Shown here piece after piece: positions 39,944 through 53,699 of a DNA stretch of 64,000 nucleotides. Source of the stretch: Sphagnum compactum (lineage: Eukaryota). The DNA lies in NCBI GenBank assembly GCA_965153455.1, contig OZ234494.1, forward strand, positions 12,338,001 through 12,402,000. The letters are read 5' to 3'. The position numbers were made by a program, and so were the translations under genes. The number at the start of each line of letters is the position of its first letter. The first letter of the stretch is position 1. The notes under the pieces are model-generated. The model was not told the origin of the DNA. It saw nothing but the letters and a program-made list of their open reading frames with translations, and did no database searches.

Positions 39944-41229
39944 TCATATATATTAATTTAGTAAGTCTGTTTGTGACGGAGGTTTTGGGGGGTGGGGGAG
40001 GGAGAGGCCGGTGAAGCAGCGGGTGACAGGGCTTGGTAATGGGGCGAGGGGGGGGCCAGCACGGGGCGGGAAGTTAATTATATATAACAGGGGAACGGGG
40101 GGGGGATCAACGAGTTAAAGAATCGGAATGGAAAATGCGAAGGACCGGGGGGGGGGGGTCGACGGGGTAAAAAACCGGAGTGGGCAATGGGAAGGACCGG
40201 GCGGGGGGGAGCTCGACGGGTGCATTATGCATATTAATTCAGTAAGTCTATATGTCTGTGACGGGGGTTTTGGGGGGTGGGGGAGGGTGACAGGGCTTAG
40301 TCTGTCAGTCTGTCTTGGGCACGGGCACGGACTGGGCACGGGCACGGGCATGGGCGGGACTGGGTACGGATTGAGCACGGATTGGGCACGGGACTGGGCA
40401 CGGACTGGGCACGGGCACGGGCGAACTGGGCACGGGCGGGCTGGGCCCGGGAAAGGGGCACGGCACGGACGGACTGGGCACGGGCGAACTAGGCACGGGC
40501 AGACTGGGCACGGGCTGAACATGGGCGGGTAGGGCACGGGCGGATTGTGTCCGAACGTCACGGGTACCCACTAGTATTAATTCAATAAGTTCGTCTGTCT
40601 GTGACGGGGGGTTTGGGGGGTGGGGGAGGGAGAGGCCGGTGAAGCAGCGGGCGATGCCCAACACTACGTCTGTCTGTGACAGGGGTTGGTCTGTCAGTCT
40701 ATCTTGGGCACGGGCGGGAACTGGGCACGGGCACGAGCACGGGCGGGACTGGGCACGGGCACGGGCGGGACTGGGCACGGGCATGGGCAGGCTGGGCCCG
40801 GGAGAGGGGCACAGCACGGACGGACTGGGCACGGGCGAGCATGGCACGGGCGGACTGGGCACGGACTGGGCACGGGCACGGGGAGGGAGAGGCCGGTGAA
40901 GCAGCGGGCGATGCCCAACACTACGTCTGTCTGTGACAGGGCTTGGTCTGTCAGTTTGTCTTGGGCACGGGTGGGAACTGGGCACGGACTGGGCACGGGC
41001 ACGGGCGGGACTAGGCACGGACTGGGCACAAGCACGGGCGGGCTGGGCCCGGGAGAGGGGCATGGCACGGGCGGATTGGGCACGAGTGGGCACGGCACGG
41101 GTGGACTGAGCACGGACTGGGCACGAGCACGAGACTGAGCACGAACATGGGACTGGGCACGGACACAGGCGGACTAGGCACGGGCTGAACACGGGCGGAT
41201 TGTGTCCGAACGTCACGGGTACCCACTAG
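39944..41229 (+). mobile_element. Non-autonomous Helitron-like element with GC-rich gggcac/ggact minisatellite and duplicated 3' end
   Basis: 5' TC at 39944 follows an A; 3' CTAG at 41226-41229 precedes a T; a subterminal hairpin ccg-aacgtca-cgg lies ~10 nt from the end; no TSD. An identical 41-nt terminus occurs at 40535-40575. Confidence 0.75.
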
Positions 41230-41530
41230 TTGAGAGTAGTAAAACATACATTGATTAAAAGAAAACATATAATCCTCTTGGAGGAGCCCATAGAACATTG
41301 ATTAGGAAGCAAGTGATCTTGTAGGAATGCACTTGGAAGGGTTTGTTTGGTGAAGGTCCTCAATGTCCTTCCATTCTTGGTTGCTTGATAGCTTAATTAA
41401 GTTTTAAGGTCTAGTTATATTTATTCCATGGGGTGAATAAATTATTGAGTATTCCAAGTGAATATTTCAATGAGATTGAATGATTGTGGATGAAAATGCA
41501 AATGCAGATGGAAACCTATTAAACCACAAT

Positions 41531-41581
41531 ATAAAGCTAAATGGAAAAAATTAGCTTTAGGGTTTTTCCATTTAGCTTTAT
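41531..41581. repeat. Perfect 19-bp inverted repeat, 13-nt loop
   Basis: ataaagctaaatggaaaaa / tttttccatttagctttat. Confidence 0.9.
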
Positions 41582-41589
41582 CCTATACA

Positions 41590-41725
41590 ACTTGGAGAGG
41601 AAACTCCCCATGTACCTTCCCACTTGGGATGGAAACTACCCATGTATCTTTCCACTTGGATGAGAAACTCCCCTCGTACCTTCGTGCCTGGATAGGAAAT
41701 TACCCATATACCTTCTTCCCACTTT
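41590..41725. repeat. Degenerate tandem repeat, ~33-bp unit x4
   Basis: acttgga...gaaact(c/a)cccatgtaccttcc repeated contiguously. Confidence 0.75.
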
Positions 41726-42639
41726 TGCACTTTTGAAAAAGCTAGAGGCATTTTTAATATGCAAAAAGCAAACCGAATTCTTGCATATTAGGAAGATGCT
41801 ATCATTTGCATTAGTTTGCACCAATTCCATTGCAATAAAATGTTACGTCCTTCTTATCTTAATATTCTCTCAAACTGAAATTGAACAACCCCATTCTTAC
41901 CATGAAGTTTTTAGGCTCTTTTTCATCTCTCATGAAGTTTGTGTACTCTCCCATCCTATTTCACATCATCATTTATTGTTGAATTGTGAATGGCTAAAAT
42001 AGGAATTGCACCCAAAAAAAAAAACCCTAGACAATTGGGCCTCATAACTAGCAACTTGACACCAAAACTTGGTAGTCTTTCTAACTTATGCTTAGTCTCC
42101 ATAAGAAGAGATAACATACCTTAGACAATTGCCAATAACAACAAGTTAGAGATGTTTAAAAGCCTCCACCAAAACTCTTGGAAATGTTTCCAAGTGATGG
42201 ATCCCAAAGTTCCCAATAACGACAAGTTAGCGATGTCTAATTGGACCATTTTTTATGAAGCTTTCGGAGCATTTTGGAATCTGCAAAAAAAATTTGCAAT
42301 GTGAAGTGGAGGTGGCGAACTTTCTAGAATGAAAGTAATTCACACCTTGTGGTAGCATATGAGGTTACCGAATCAAATCTGGGAAGATAAAATCCTATCG
42401 AATGTGAGTATGGGAGTCTTGGACCCCGACCAAGATACCCTACTTTGATTTGGTGGGAACACTTGCTAGATCAAGTGGTTATCTTGAAAGTGGGTTTGGT
42501 GTACGAATGGGATTGGATGCTGGAGATTTGGGGTGCCTTATCAAACTGAAATAATTGGAGTTTCACATGTACTCACTATACACCTCTCCTATTAATTTGA
42601 AGAGGTGCCTCCCAAGTTTTTTTTTTAAATTTCTTTTTT

Positions 42640-42900
42640 TTTGCAACGAGCCAATTTGATTGGCCCATCACTCAAAAAAAATGAAAGTATGGAGGCTGCC
42701 CAAAATAAAAGGTTCTATTTTGAAGTATAGAGTTCCTCCCCTTTGGCCCACCTGAAAGGAACAACATTTTGCCAAAGCATATGGAATTAAAGTGAGGTGC
42801 TATGGAGAACATGCTAGGGAACACATTGGGAACTTGGGGAACATGTTGAGAACCCGTGGGGGTAAGAACACATTGGGAACCAGGGAAAACTGGGGGTACT
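42640..42900. repeat. Probable dispersed repeat with internal gggaac sub-repeats
   Basis: gagaacatgctagggaacacattgggaacttggggaacatgttgagaac array preceded by gccaatttgattggc; non-coding. Confidence 0.45.
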
Positions 42901-45900
42901 TATCCATCAAAAATGTTTGATGGAAAACTGAAAACAATTTGTGAAGTGAAGAATTTAGGTTGGCATTAGATAAATGGATCAACAAATATCTCAATGGCTT
43001 TGGATACACCCAACTTCCCAAAAGATGGTGCACTACTTACATCTCACTTTGAGGGGGGGTGCTTTAGATATCTCTATTCTAGTGCATTTTATTGACATTT
43101 GTACAAATCAGCTCCAGACACCATGTTAGAAATCTTTGTGGCCAAGATTTGGATTTATCTAACCGTTTGAAGAGAATGTTGAAGAATACCATATTAAAAA
43201 AAGAGCTATGCACATCGGGTATAACTCCTAGCGAATTGCAAAGTGATACAAAAAAACTCGCCAATTTTGATTGCATTAGAAACACACTACCACAAAGAAG
43301 AAATGAAAGAGAAAATGAAAGCACCCATGTGAGCATTCCAACTCGCTCTATTTAACACCCATGTTGAAAATTACTCAAAGTGCAAGGCCCTTACAAAAAC
43401 TTCACTTTTTCTGGGGGTTCTTTGAACTGAATTTTTGTTGTGTCCTTACGATTTTTTTTCTCTTAGATAGGACTAAAAGGACCTCATATGAAGAGTGGAG
43501 GGCTTGGTGCAACATGAGCTTGATAACTTCCATAATTAATCACTTGATTTTTTATCCCAATCAAGCCTGAATATCAACTTTAGTCCAATAAAACAGTTGT
43601 CTTTTTGCGGCCAATTTTTGCACTATGTCAACAAATTTAAGTGCCATAAAACCCATACAACTGGTAAAAAGTCTTTTTATATATAATTTTTCAAATAAAA
43701 TTGCTAAAAAGGAAAGGTTTTTGGGACTAGCTTCACTAGATTTAGAGGTCACAAAACATTAATTTTTTTTTAATATTTACGGATCATGTAGTCAAATCTG
43801 GCTAGATCCTCCTGTGGATGGTTGGTTGCCAATGTGCCTACATCACAAAAGTGAAAAGGAAAGTGTCGTTACCATCGTACACATTTTACCCGGTAAGTTC
43901 TTTGATTTGATTCCATTGAGCGTTATTTGGCAACATTGTGTTATGGCAAACCCTTTTCCATTGGCTTTGCGTTAAAGAGGCGTTTTGGAATTTTACCATT
44001 TCATCAATGGTGCATGCCTTTATCGTTTGCATCATTTATTCCTCTCATCACATCATCTTATGTTCCAGAAGTTAAGGCGTGCACATATGTGAACCTACGC
44101 TTCAAAGTATTCGCGCTTTACACACCTTGTGAAAAACCATCATAACCTAACTTGGAGCACCATTCTCTTGTGGTTTTCTGTCATTAAATGCAAGTCACAA
44201 AACTTCTTCCTCTTTTGTGCTTTATAAACATCCCCATCCCTCCATTGCTAGTAAGTCCATTTTTTTTGTGTGTGAAGTTGTGAGCCATTTTGTGATGTCT
44301 TTCATGTATTGATTTAATGTTGTTTTGAGAAAAGCTCATTGTTTTAGTTAGTTATGCTCGTCACCACACCTTTCTTTGGGTTCTATGATAATTGCTTTGT
44401 AATCTGACCATCAACTATGTGATTACTTAATCATTGGGGAATCATGCATTAATACTTACATATGAATTTCTTTTTTATTCCCATTCATGTTTCATTATCT
44501 TCTCTTAAAAGGAACCTAACTAAAACCTCTAAGTCTTATCATTTTTTGTAGGAAGGTTTTCTTGCCTTTTCATTTTCATAACGAAGTGTGAATTGCATGG
44601 TTTATATTGAGTGATAATCAATAAAATGTTTTGCACCTTTCTTACCATGTTCAAGCTTTGAGGTACTTGTTCATATCTCTTTGATCAACATTTTGTTCAT
44701 TTTTCAAGTTGTATGTGTTTGAAAGTGTTGTCATTATTTTATATACATATGGTCAATAATTTGTCTTTTAGCTTTTTTTCAATATTATATTAAACTTGTT
44801 ATCATTTGCCCACACTACTCATTGTTGATTCAATATTGAAGCCCATCCTATTCAATTTACACCAATTTGATAGATTGACATCTTTTTCATGCATTATCAT
44901 TTTCTTTTTACATCAATGGGCATAGTATTTTGGTCCTTGGGTGCACATAAAGGCAAGTTGCTATTGGGTGAAAGTTTTGCAAATAGACATGATAAGGATT
45001 ATTAATGCATCTAATTTTTTTTTAAAGAACTATTTAGGTTTTGGTTACTTGAACATGGAAACAATTCGTAAATTCCATTTTGGAAAGCTTGTCCAACTTA
45101 TGAAAACTTTGAACTAGTTTGGGGTTAATGCTCTCTTCGCACTTGAAGTTAGTCCAATAGCAAATTTAGATTAAAAAAGAAACAATATACATGGCATTCA
45201 CACCTAGAGTTATCACTAACATTGAATGAGATGTGAAAAATGATGTGTCATGTTGCGTGACAAGAATGTTAACACCAGAATAAACTATCATTAAATTGTA
45301 AACTAACAATTCAAATTCGATTGTTTCAGCACAAAGGTCAATGGTAAACTATAGATTCAAAACATGGTTAAATATTTTTATGTTAACATACTAATTCTTG
45401 TTAGTACATATTGAATTCATGTATGCACACCCCTATTCCCACCCAACATATTGATGAATGAGATGCAATCATAACATAACATTGAGTTATCATATTAGTA
45501 GTGTAAACAATGTGAATTGATGTTAATAATTAGTAATAGCATGGGGTAAATTGTCGGCATGATTAACGAGTGAAAAAAACATGCTTGTAGCTAATTGGAT
45601 GTCTTTATATGTATAACAAATCGGAAATTAGGATTTGGTTTGGTTATTAAAAAATGGACATTGATTAGTAGTTTCAATAGCCCATGATGAAGTGACTAGT
45701 CATATTTTTTTATGTATTAATTTGAAGGTCCTAACTTATTGAAACTTAGGTAATTTTAAATTTTTAAATCAAAATTAATTTTTTGTATTGATATTTCATA
45801 CTTTGTCCAAATGAAAAAAATTAAACTTCATCCTCAAAGACTTCTCCCAAGATGTACACATCTATAAATTTTTTAAGAAAAAAAATCAGGTAATATGATT

Positions 45901-48900
45901 AAAAATGCATTTGAATCCTCACTGTTTCATACATTTCAACAACAATGATGTCTTGAAGAATTATTTTTTTCCCATAAAGTTTTTTGTAAATAAACCAATT
46001 TAAAACCAACATGATTTTTTTGAAATTTTAAAAATAATATTAAACTAAATATCAAATTTCCCACCTTTTGCATAAATGTTTGTGTAACATTTATTTATAT
46101 AACATTTAAATATTTATTTTCAATTTAAAAATAAAATATGTAATTTATTAAACATATAATATTATGTAAAAATATTTAAATGTTATATAAATTATTATTA
46201 TTACAAAAAATTAGAATTATTAATTTATACAATTAAATTTTATTATGAATAATAAAATTTCATCTTATTTTTAAATGGTCTTTTCAATTCATTAAATGTG
46301 ATTTAACATCAACTGTAACATTTTTCCAAGTTGTATGACCAAATATTTTGGTAAATCAATAATTAATGATTTTGGATTGAACTTTATATTCTTGGCTACC
46401 CATTATATGGAGACTTGCAAACCAATGCCATTTTGGGGCATGTGGATTTCTTTTGAATCATTTGGATACAATTGATAGGGTTATATATTGGTATTTACTG
46501 TCAAAATTTTAAAGGAAGATATTCATCAAAATAAACTTTTGAACAAGAGTCCCAACCAATGCTTTTTTTTTGGCACAATTTCGCACGCGAGAAAAAAAAA
46601 ACATTAACAAATCCAATGTAAAGTTTTTTGGGAATTTTTTTATAAAAAATTGCCATATCTTGAGGAAAAAAATGCTAAAAGTTGCCATATTTAGACAATG
46701 TGTTCCTATAGGTTGCCAAAACTAGGCAGGATTCCAAAAAAATCTACTTGTCCACTAGGACAATTGCCATTTATTGTTACTTAATGTTGGGGATCCTAGC
46801 CATTGCACCTACTTGAGGAATATGGAAAAAAAAACCTTGGTCCCAATTTGAGTTTTTGGATAAATATTCACACTCTGGTTCAAATAAAATTGGATCAAGT
46901 TCAACATTTTCATTTTTTATGTGTAAATTAGAAAAACAAATCCCAAACTATTAGAAAAATGCCAAAGTTTCAAAAGCACAATACTAAAAGAATTAAAAAC
47001 TTGAAGCAAGCCATAACATAATAGAAGCTTCACAAAAATTCTATGTTGTAGAAGTTTATGTAATATTTATTTTAAAACATATTACCATGTACCGTTAAAT
47101 CCAAGCTAGGCTCAATTTTGTGGACTTAATCTTACACCAAAATTTACCAAAAAATTCATAATACATTAAAAGCCCATTGCATCCAAATGAATATATAATA
47201 TCAATGCATTTATGTTTTTTTGAAGGTGATTAAGAGTTTTCAATTTGCAAATATGACCCCTCCCCCACCCCCTCTCAAGGTTCTTTAATTTTGAAAATTT
47301 GGTCAAACAAGGTCAATGGCACACATTATAATTTAAAAAATATGACTATAGTCATGTAGTCATGAAAATGACTATAGCCAAAAAAATGGCATAGTCACAA
47401 AACATATATTACTCCATGACTAGATTGGGACATTAGTCGTATATGTTTAAATCATGGATGCCACATTTTGGTGCAGTGAATGGTTTGGATTGTCCCTTTT
47501 ATGGGGAAGGTCCTAAAATCAATTCCTTGAAATTAGATAATGCAAGTTCAAAAAAAAGTTAAGTTCTTTTTTCAATAGGCCCTTTTGAAAATTAATTAGT
47601 GTCAAACATTAATCATACTTATAGTATGTTAAATCCATGAAAATGAATGTTTCTTTTGAAATTGGAAGGTTATTGTAGTCCTTTTAAGGGTTTAGCACAC
47701 TCATGTGTTGAATAATTATTTTATTTTTCAAAATCCACTTCAACAATCAAAAACATATTTTTCAAATTTTTGGCAATAAATATAGACAAATCTTTTCATT
47801 GATTCTCTTAAATTTGAACCTCTAACATAATGAAACCTTTTACAACATTTTTAATTTCTTCTTTTTGCAAAAATGACATAACTTCATGTTCCACCAAATT
47901 ATAGGATACAAAAATGTTGTCAATTATTGGATACATGATTTGCAATAATGGATTGGCTTTAAGCAAAAAGCTCATGGGTTTCCACCAATTTTTAATTTTT
48001 TTCCTTGTTTGTAATCTCCTTTGAAAAATTTATTTCAAATAAATAATTTCTACAAAGTTTGGTTTTTCAAAAACTTATTTAATTAACACCAAACCTGGAA
48101 AGCTATTATGATGTTTGTTTATTAGTCAATGTTAACACATCAACATCAAAGGGTCTAAATTGTTTAGGGGTTAAAGTTTTATCTTGATGGGATTAAAATG
48201 GAAACATATTGTTTTGCCAATCACATGTGATTGAATAACTTTCATCTTATAAGGATATTGCACCATTGAGGTGTGCTCAATTTCTAACATGAGAATAAAC
48301 ATGATTGGGCAATGTTTTTCAAGGTTTGAACTCCCAATACCAAGATTTAGTTTTGTGTGATTGGTTGACTTTGGATAACTTTTATTACAAGGGTTAAGTT
48401 AGTTTTGTGGTATGAAATTAAAGTTTGAAATGCTACGAATTTTATGCACATCATCAAAAGGTTCATTCATAATAAAAATAAGTTAGGGTGCCAAGGACAA
48501 AATCTTTTCTAAGGACTACATTTGACATGTGGCCTTTTTATATCGATTTATAATGTCAAATACATGATTGAACACCCATTAATACACCATCCAAAAATCC
48601 CATTTCCAATGGATTTGGGACAAACCCCACTTGAATGGGGTTCACCCTAGTTCCACTCAAACCTGCATCTGCATATTTGTCTCTACTCATCATAACATTC
48701 TACCTATTATCATGTGACTTCATATTTCATACATATTTTGTATTGGTTTGCAACTTACTAATTGATGGTGGAGTGACCTACTTATTATTTCTAAGGTCCC
48801 TCCCCCCCCAATGACCAATCATATAATATGTCACATCAACTTGATAATTTAATCCACTTTTTACAAAGACTTTGTCTTATGGTACTTTTGACTCCTAATA

Positions 48901-51900
48901 ACACGAATGCACCTAATTAAACATGTGATTCATAGATATAATTGTAACAAAATCAAATAGCATGTTTATATTGATCATTGAAATAATAATATTTTTAGTT
49001 CAATATATCAAAGCTTATTTTATGGTTACTTTTCATTTATGCTAACAAGGATTGAAATGTCAATTCACTTTACCATGCATTCATGCCAACATAGTTTTCT
49101 TTTTCTTTTTAAACCTTCATTGGTCTAAATTAATCCTATTTTGTTAAGGGTGCAAGTTGCAAAAGTTCCCTCACCATGAACATGCAAATTCTAATGCCTC
49201 AATCATTTTTTTTAAGCTTTTAGTATGCACCTTAACAACAGTCATCATGGGTTTGCTACTCATTGTGGTTTTGTTGTTTTTGTTTCCCCTTTGTAATAAG
49301 AAGTTTGAAAGAAAATCTAAATTGTCACCCTAGAATCTTTGCTTCTACCTTGTAAGTTGCACAAGGTGTTTTGAAAAAGTTCTATTGAAGGGGAATTCCA
49401 TGTTGTCATTTCTGTTACTATAATCTTCCTTAAGGTCCTTAAGAAGTCCAAGTACTAAATACATTTTTCCACCTATTTCCCCTTTTTGCTTTGCTACCCA
49501 TGGTCTTGTTATTTGACATTATCTTGTGATTGTTGTTGTATATCTTGTGTTTTTGGCATTGATATTCTTCTTGCAATCCTTCTTTTCCTTATTTATATAT
49601 ATATATATATAATCATCAAGTGTTGTAGATTTCAATCCTTTTAATAAGCATGCATGCCCTTTTGAAAGAATCTACCACATCACTAAACTTTTGTACTTGA
49701 ATGAATTTCGTTGCAACTAAAGAATGAACACTATTAGTTCCCTTTGTATTTAATGAACAAGTGGCACAAGTTGTTGAGGATCAAAATTATGGCATAGGTT
49801 GTTAAAGAGCAAGTGTTCATCAAACATGCATTGAAGAACAATTGCCACCAATTTTGCCCAATGTTTAGCTTTTTTTTACAACTCTTGTAATAGATGTTAT
49901 TGATGATATGTCTTATGGAAAATATTTTAAATTTATTTTTTATAGTTAAATATAATGTGTCACCTTTTTTTACATTGAAATCAATATTTCCCATTCATTT
50001 GATTTTGTAAGATGTTACATTTTTATACATTTTCTTTTGTCTTTTTATGTAAAATCAAATTACCTACATAGAAAGTATATCTAAATTCAATAATGAAGGA
50101 AAAAATCTATATTGAAACATCACAAGTGATGGTATGAGGAAACAAATGTGAGTGATGTAATGTATCACATTTCCAACTACTAATGGACATTACCTTAGTA
50201 CCTTGGCCAATTCGAACCTAATTATATTATTTTGAAAAGTGTTGAAATTTTCAAAAATTATATCTTCCAAATCAACAAATATTGTGAAGGAAAATAGTGA
50301 ATATTCCATTCGTTAAATGAATGTTTCAAAATTAATTAATTATTCAATGGACATGTGTTGAAATGGCCAAGGTACTACAATATAACAAACCCTATTCCCA
50401 TTTAAAAACTAAATGTTTGTAAAAAATGAAGGTATTGTTTTCATTGTCACACATGTAATTAAGGTTTGTAAAAAACTAAGGGGTTTATTATATTCTCATT
50501 GTAAATGTAAGAATTATTGTTTAAAAAAAAATGAAAATATTACACCATTGTCATTGAACATTATATTTTATAAATATTGTTTGCCTAGAAGCTTATGGTT
50601 GTTGCAAAAAAGGTTTAATTGAATGGGTGATTTGGATTTAATTGTTGTCAACCACCAAATGTCAATAAAAACCATGATGTATTTGGTCTCAAAAAATATG
50701 ATTGCCTAGTCTAAAGACCATTTTGAGAGAAGAAATTTTGATTATCCTTTGAAAGAATTGTCATTATGAGTGTTTCTTGTGAGTCCTTGAACAAGTGTAT
50801 AGTCCTTTTATTGCAAGCTTGTTGACTACCTTTTTTTTTGTCCAATGTACATGTGAATCAAGAATTTTTTTAACCGCTTCTAATTAACTCTTTAAATTTA
50901 CATATAGGTGCCTTTGCAATACCTACATGTGGGATATATTATCAATAAAAGGCAAAATCATGTTAGTTCAAAAACACAAGTTTTGTAATACTTGGGTTAG
51001 AAACTCACATTATGTTTCACATAATGAGGATTTTATACGTTCAATCAATCATAATGAAATGGCTAGTTGATAGGAAGGTGGGGCCATGTAAGTTATAAGC
51101 AAACTTGGGTAGGTAATAGCTAGGTAAGTGTAGGGGAAGATAGTACTATTGTGCATATTGCAATTTATCTTTATCTTTCAACATCAATGTTGCATAAGTG
51201 GTGATAGGTACATAGGTGCAAATAAGTCATCCAAAGTAAAGTAAGTAGAAATATAAGCAATATGTATGTTATGTTGAATGGGTTAGTAGTTTAAACTTCA
51301 TAGGTAGGGGAGAGAATACTTTAGTGGCTAAATATTATATAAAAGTAAAATTAAAAGGATGAAGGGGCTACCCCAATAGATAAGGGGTGTGGAGTTGTGA
51401 GTTGTTAAGTCAATAATCTAAGAGATCAAATCCTAGCTAAGCCCCCTTTTCTTCACACTTCATGAAGATGGTTAACTACCTTAATGGTTAGGGTTGAAAT
51501 TTTGTTGTCAAAGTTATCAACAAGATTTATTTTTTTAAAGTAAGAATTTTTTTTTTTTAAATTTACAATTTACAATTATGCTAACCATGTTTAATAGCTA
51601 TGAAATAGGAACCTTATGAAAGAAATTTTCATACTCAACCATCATCCATAAAAAATGGTGTGTTAGTGCAACATCTTATTTGACATTAGCATGGTTTTTT
51701 CCAATGTAGGGTAGATATCAATTTTTTATGATATCCGTTGATTCCAGTTTTAAAAATATAACTTTTAAGAATTCATAAAATTCATATATTTTATATTTAT
51801 TTTCATTTACAATATCCACCAAGTATATTAAATTTATTTATTTTTTTAAATTTGAATCTCACGCTTCTTGAAATCCTAGAAAATAATATTTGTTGGACAT

Positions 51901-52639
51901 TGAAACTTATTATCATAGCTTGAATAACAAAAATTTTAAAAATTATTACAAACCTATATACAAAGGAGTGAAATTACAAATTACATGTCCATAACTTCAT
52001 TTCGTTCAAACTCACTTTCATATTTTTGTAACTTTTGTTCTAAGAAAGATCACCTTCAACCAACTCCATTGTCCACTAATCAAATAGACAGGGTAAGTAG
52101 ATCACAAATACTAGTCAAAATGAAAGGGTCCAAATTGACTATCTAATTCACACTGGCAAGTCCAAATCGACATGTCCAAATTGACAAGGTGGTTTTTTTT
52201 TACACCTATCATTTTTGGTACTTTTTGATTATAAAACCCAATCAAAGAAACCATGAATTATAGTAGTGTTCACAAATATGATAAGATGTAGGCTAAAATT
52301 AAGTAATTTAGATAAGGTAATATTAAGAAGGAAAAATTGGCCTAATGATTTTAGGGTGGGCTGCACTTTACCCTCTAATTTGAGTACCTAAATTAAAATC
52401 ATTTTTGGATTATTACTTTAAAAATTAATAGGTAGGTAGGTGCTAGCCTAACTTACCTAACTTCACTAAGTTATTTTAGTATAAACTACTTATTTTAACC
52501 CTCTAAGCATGCACATAGGTTGCAAGTATAAAGAATTGAACCTCAAACCTTCACAATAATAAACCAATGGACTACACCATCAAAGGAATTCACTTTTTGT
52601 TAAGTTTTTATTATTTCACATGTTATTTCACATCATTAA

Positions 52640-53600
52640 ACATAGTGGTTAAACTTAGGTGATTAAACTTAAGTAATTAAATCAAAAGGTTAAAGATAGT
52701 GGCGAAACTTAACGGTTTACTATAATGGCTAAACATAATGGTTAAATCAAGTGGCTAAACTTAATGGTTTAATATAATGGTTAAACATTGGTTAAACCTA
52801 ATGATTAAATCTAATGGTTAAACATAGTGGCTAAACCTCATAAACTTAATGACTAAACTTCATGACTAAATTTCTTGGCAAAACTTTGGTTAAACCTAGT
52901 GGCTAGATTTAATGGCTAAACATAATAAGTAAATTTTGGTTAAACCTAATGGTCAAATGTAGTGGCTAAACCAGGTTGATAAATCTAATGGCTAAACTTT
53001 GGCTAAACTTATTAGCTAAATCTAGTGGTTAAACATAATGATTAAACTTTGGTTATACCTAGTGCCTATACCTAATGGTCAAATTTAATGATTCAACTTA
53101 AGCTAAATTTAGTGACTAAACATAATGGCTAAGCATAATGGTTAAATTTAAATTAAACTTAATGGCTACATTCAATTGTTAAATTTAGGTGGGTAGGTAG
53201 GTGGGTAAGTAAGTAGGTAGCTTGTATGAAAATGAAAAAATATAGGTAGGTAAGTAAATTGAAAGGTGAAAAGGTATAAGTAGATAGATATGTACATACG
53301 TCCATAGGTAATTAATAGGTAAATGGGTGGGTGAGTAATAAGTAAATAAATAGCTAGCTAAGTGAATAGGCAAGTGAATAAATAAAAGGTAAATACATAA
53401 GGTAGTATACCATGTCACATTTGACTAAAAACCATTGACCATCTTGATTAAATGTTCAACTTGACTAAAGCCCATTTATCATTTTGACTAAAGATCATTG
53501 ACCATCTTGATTAAATGTTCAAATTGATTTAAAACCATTGGTTATTTTTACTAAAGTTATGCAACTTAACTATATGTATTTAGTTAAATAAACCATTGTA
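52640..53600. repeat. ~11-bp minisatellite (taatggttaaac-like) + aggt tract + ttgactaaa repeats
   Basis: Dozens of degenerate aatgg(t/c)taaac(c/t) units at 52640-53170, then a gtaggtaa-rich tract, then ttgactaaa/ttgaccatc repeats. Confidence 0.8.
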
Positions 53601-53699
53601 GTCAAGTTGATTAATCAAATACTTGTCATTCAAGCCCTTGGCCTTTAGTCAAAATGTACATGTCCATAGTAAAAAATGACAAATTAGTCAACTTGAACT

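Noticed and set aside
40115..41298. Long Pro/Cys/Gly/Arg-rich ORFs (up to 303 aa) on both strands
   Set aside because: They are open in several frames simply because the GC minisatellite lacks stop codons; there is no domain or splice structure.
41590..41725. CRISPR-like ~33-bp periodicity
   Set aside because: The units are contiguous and degenerate with no unique spacers, the context is eukaryotic, and there are no cas genes.
44000..51000. Scattered transposase-like fragments in an AT-rich desert
   Set aside because: Too decayed to assign by eye; needs RepeatMasker or HMM searches.
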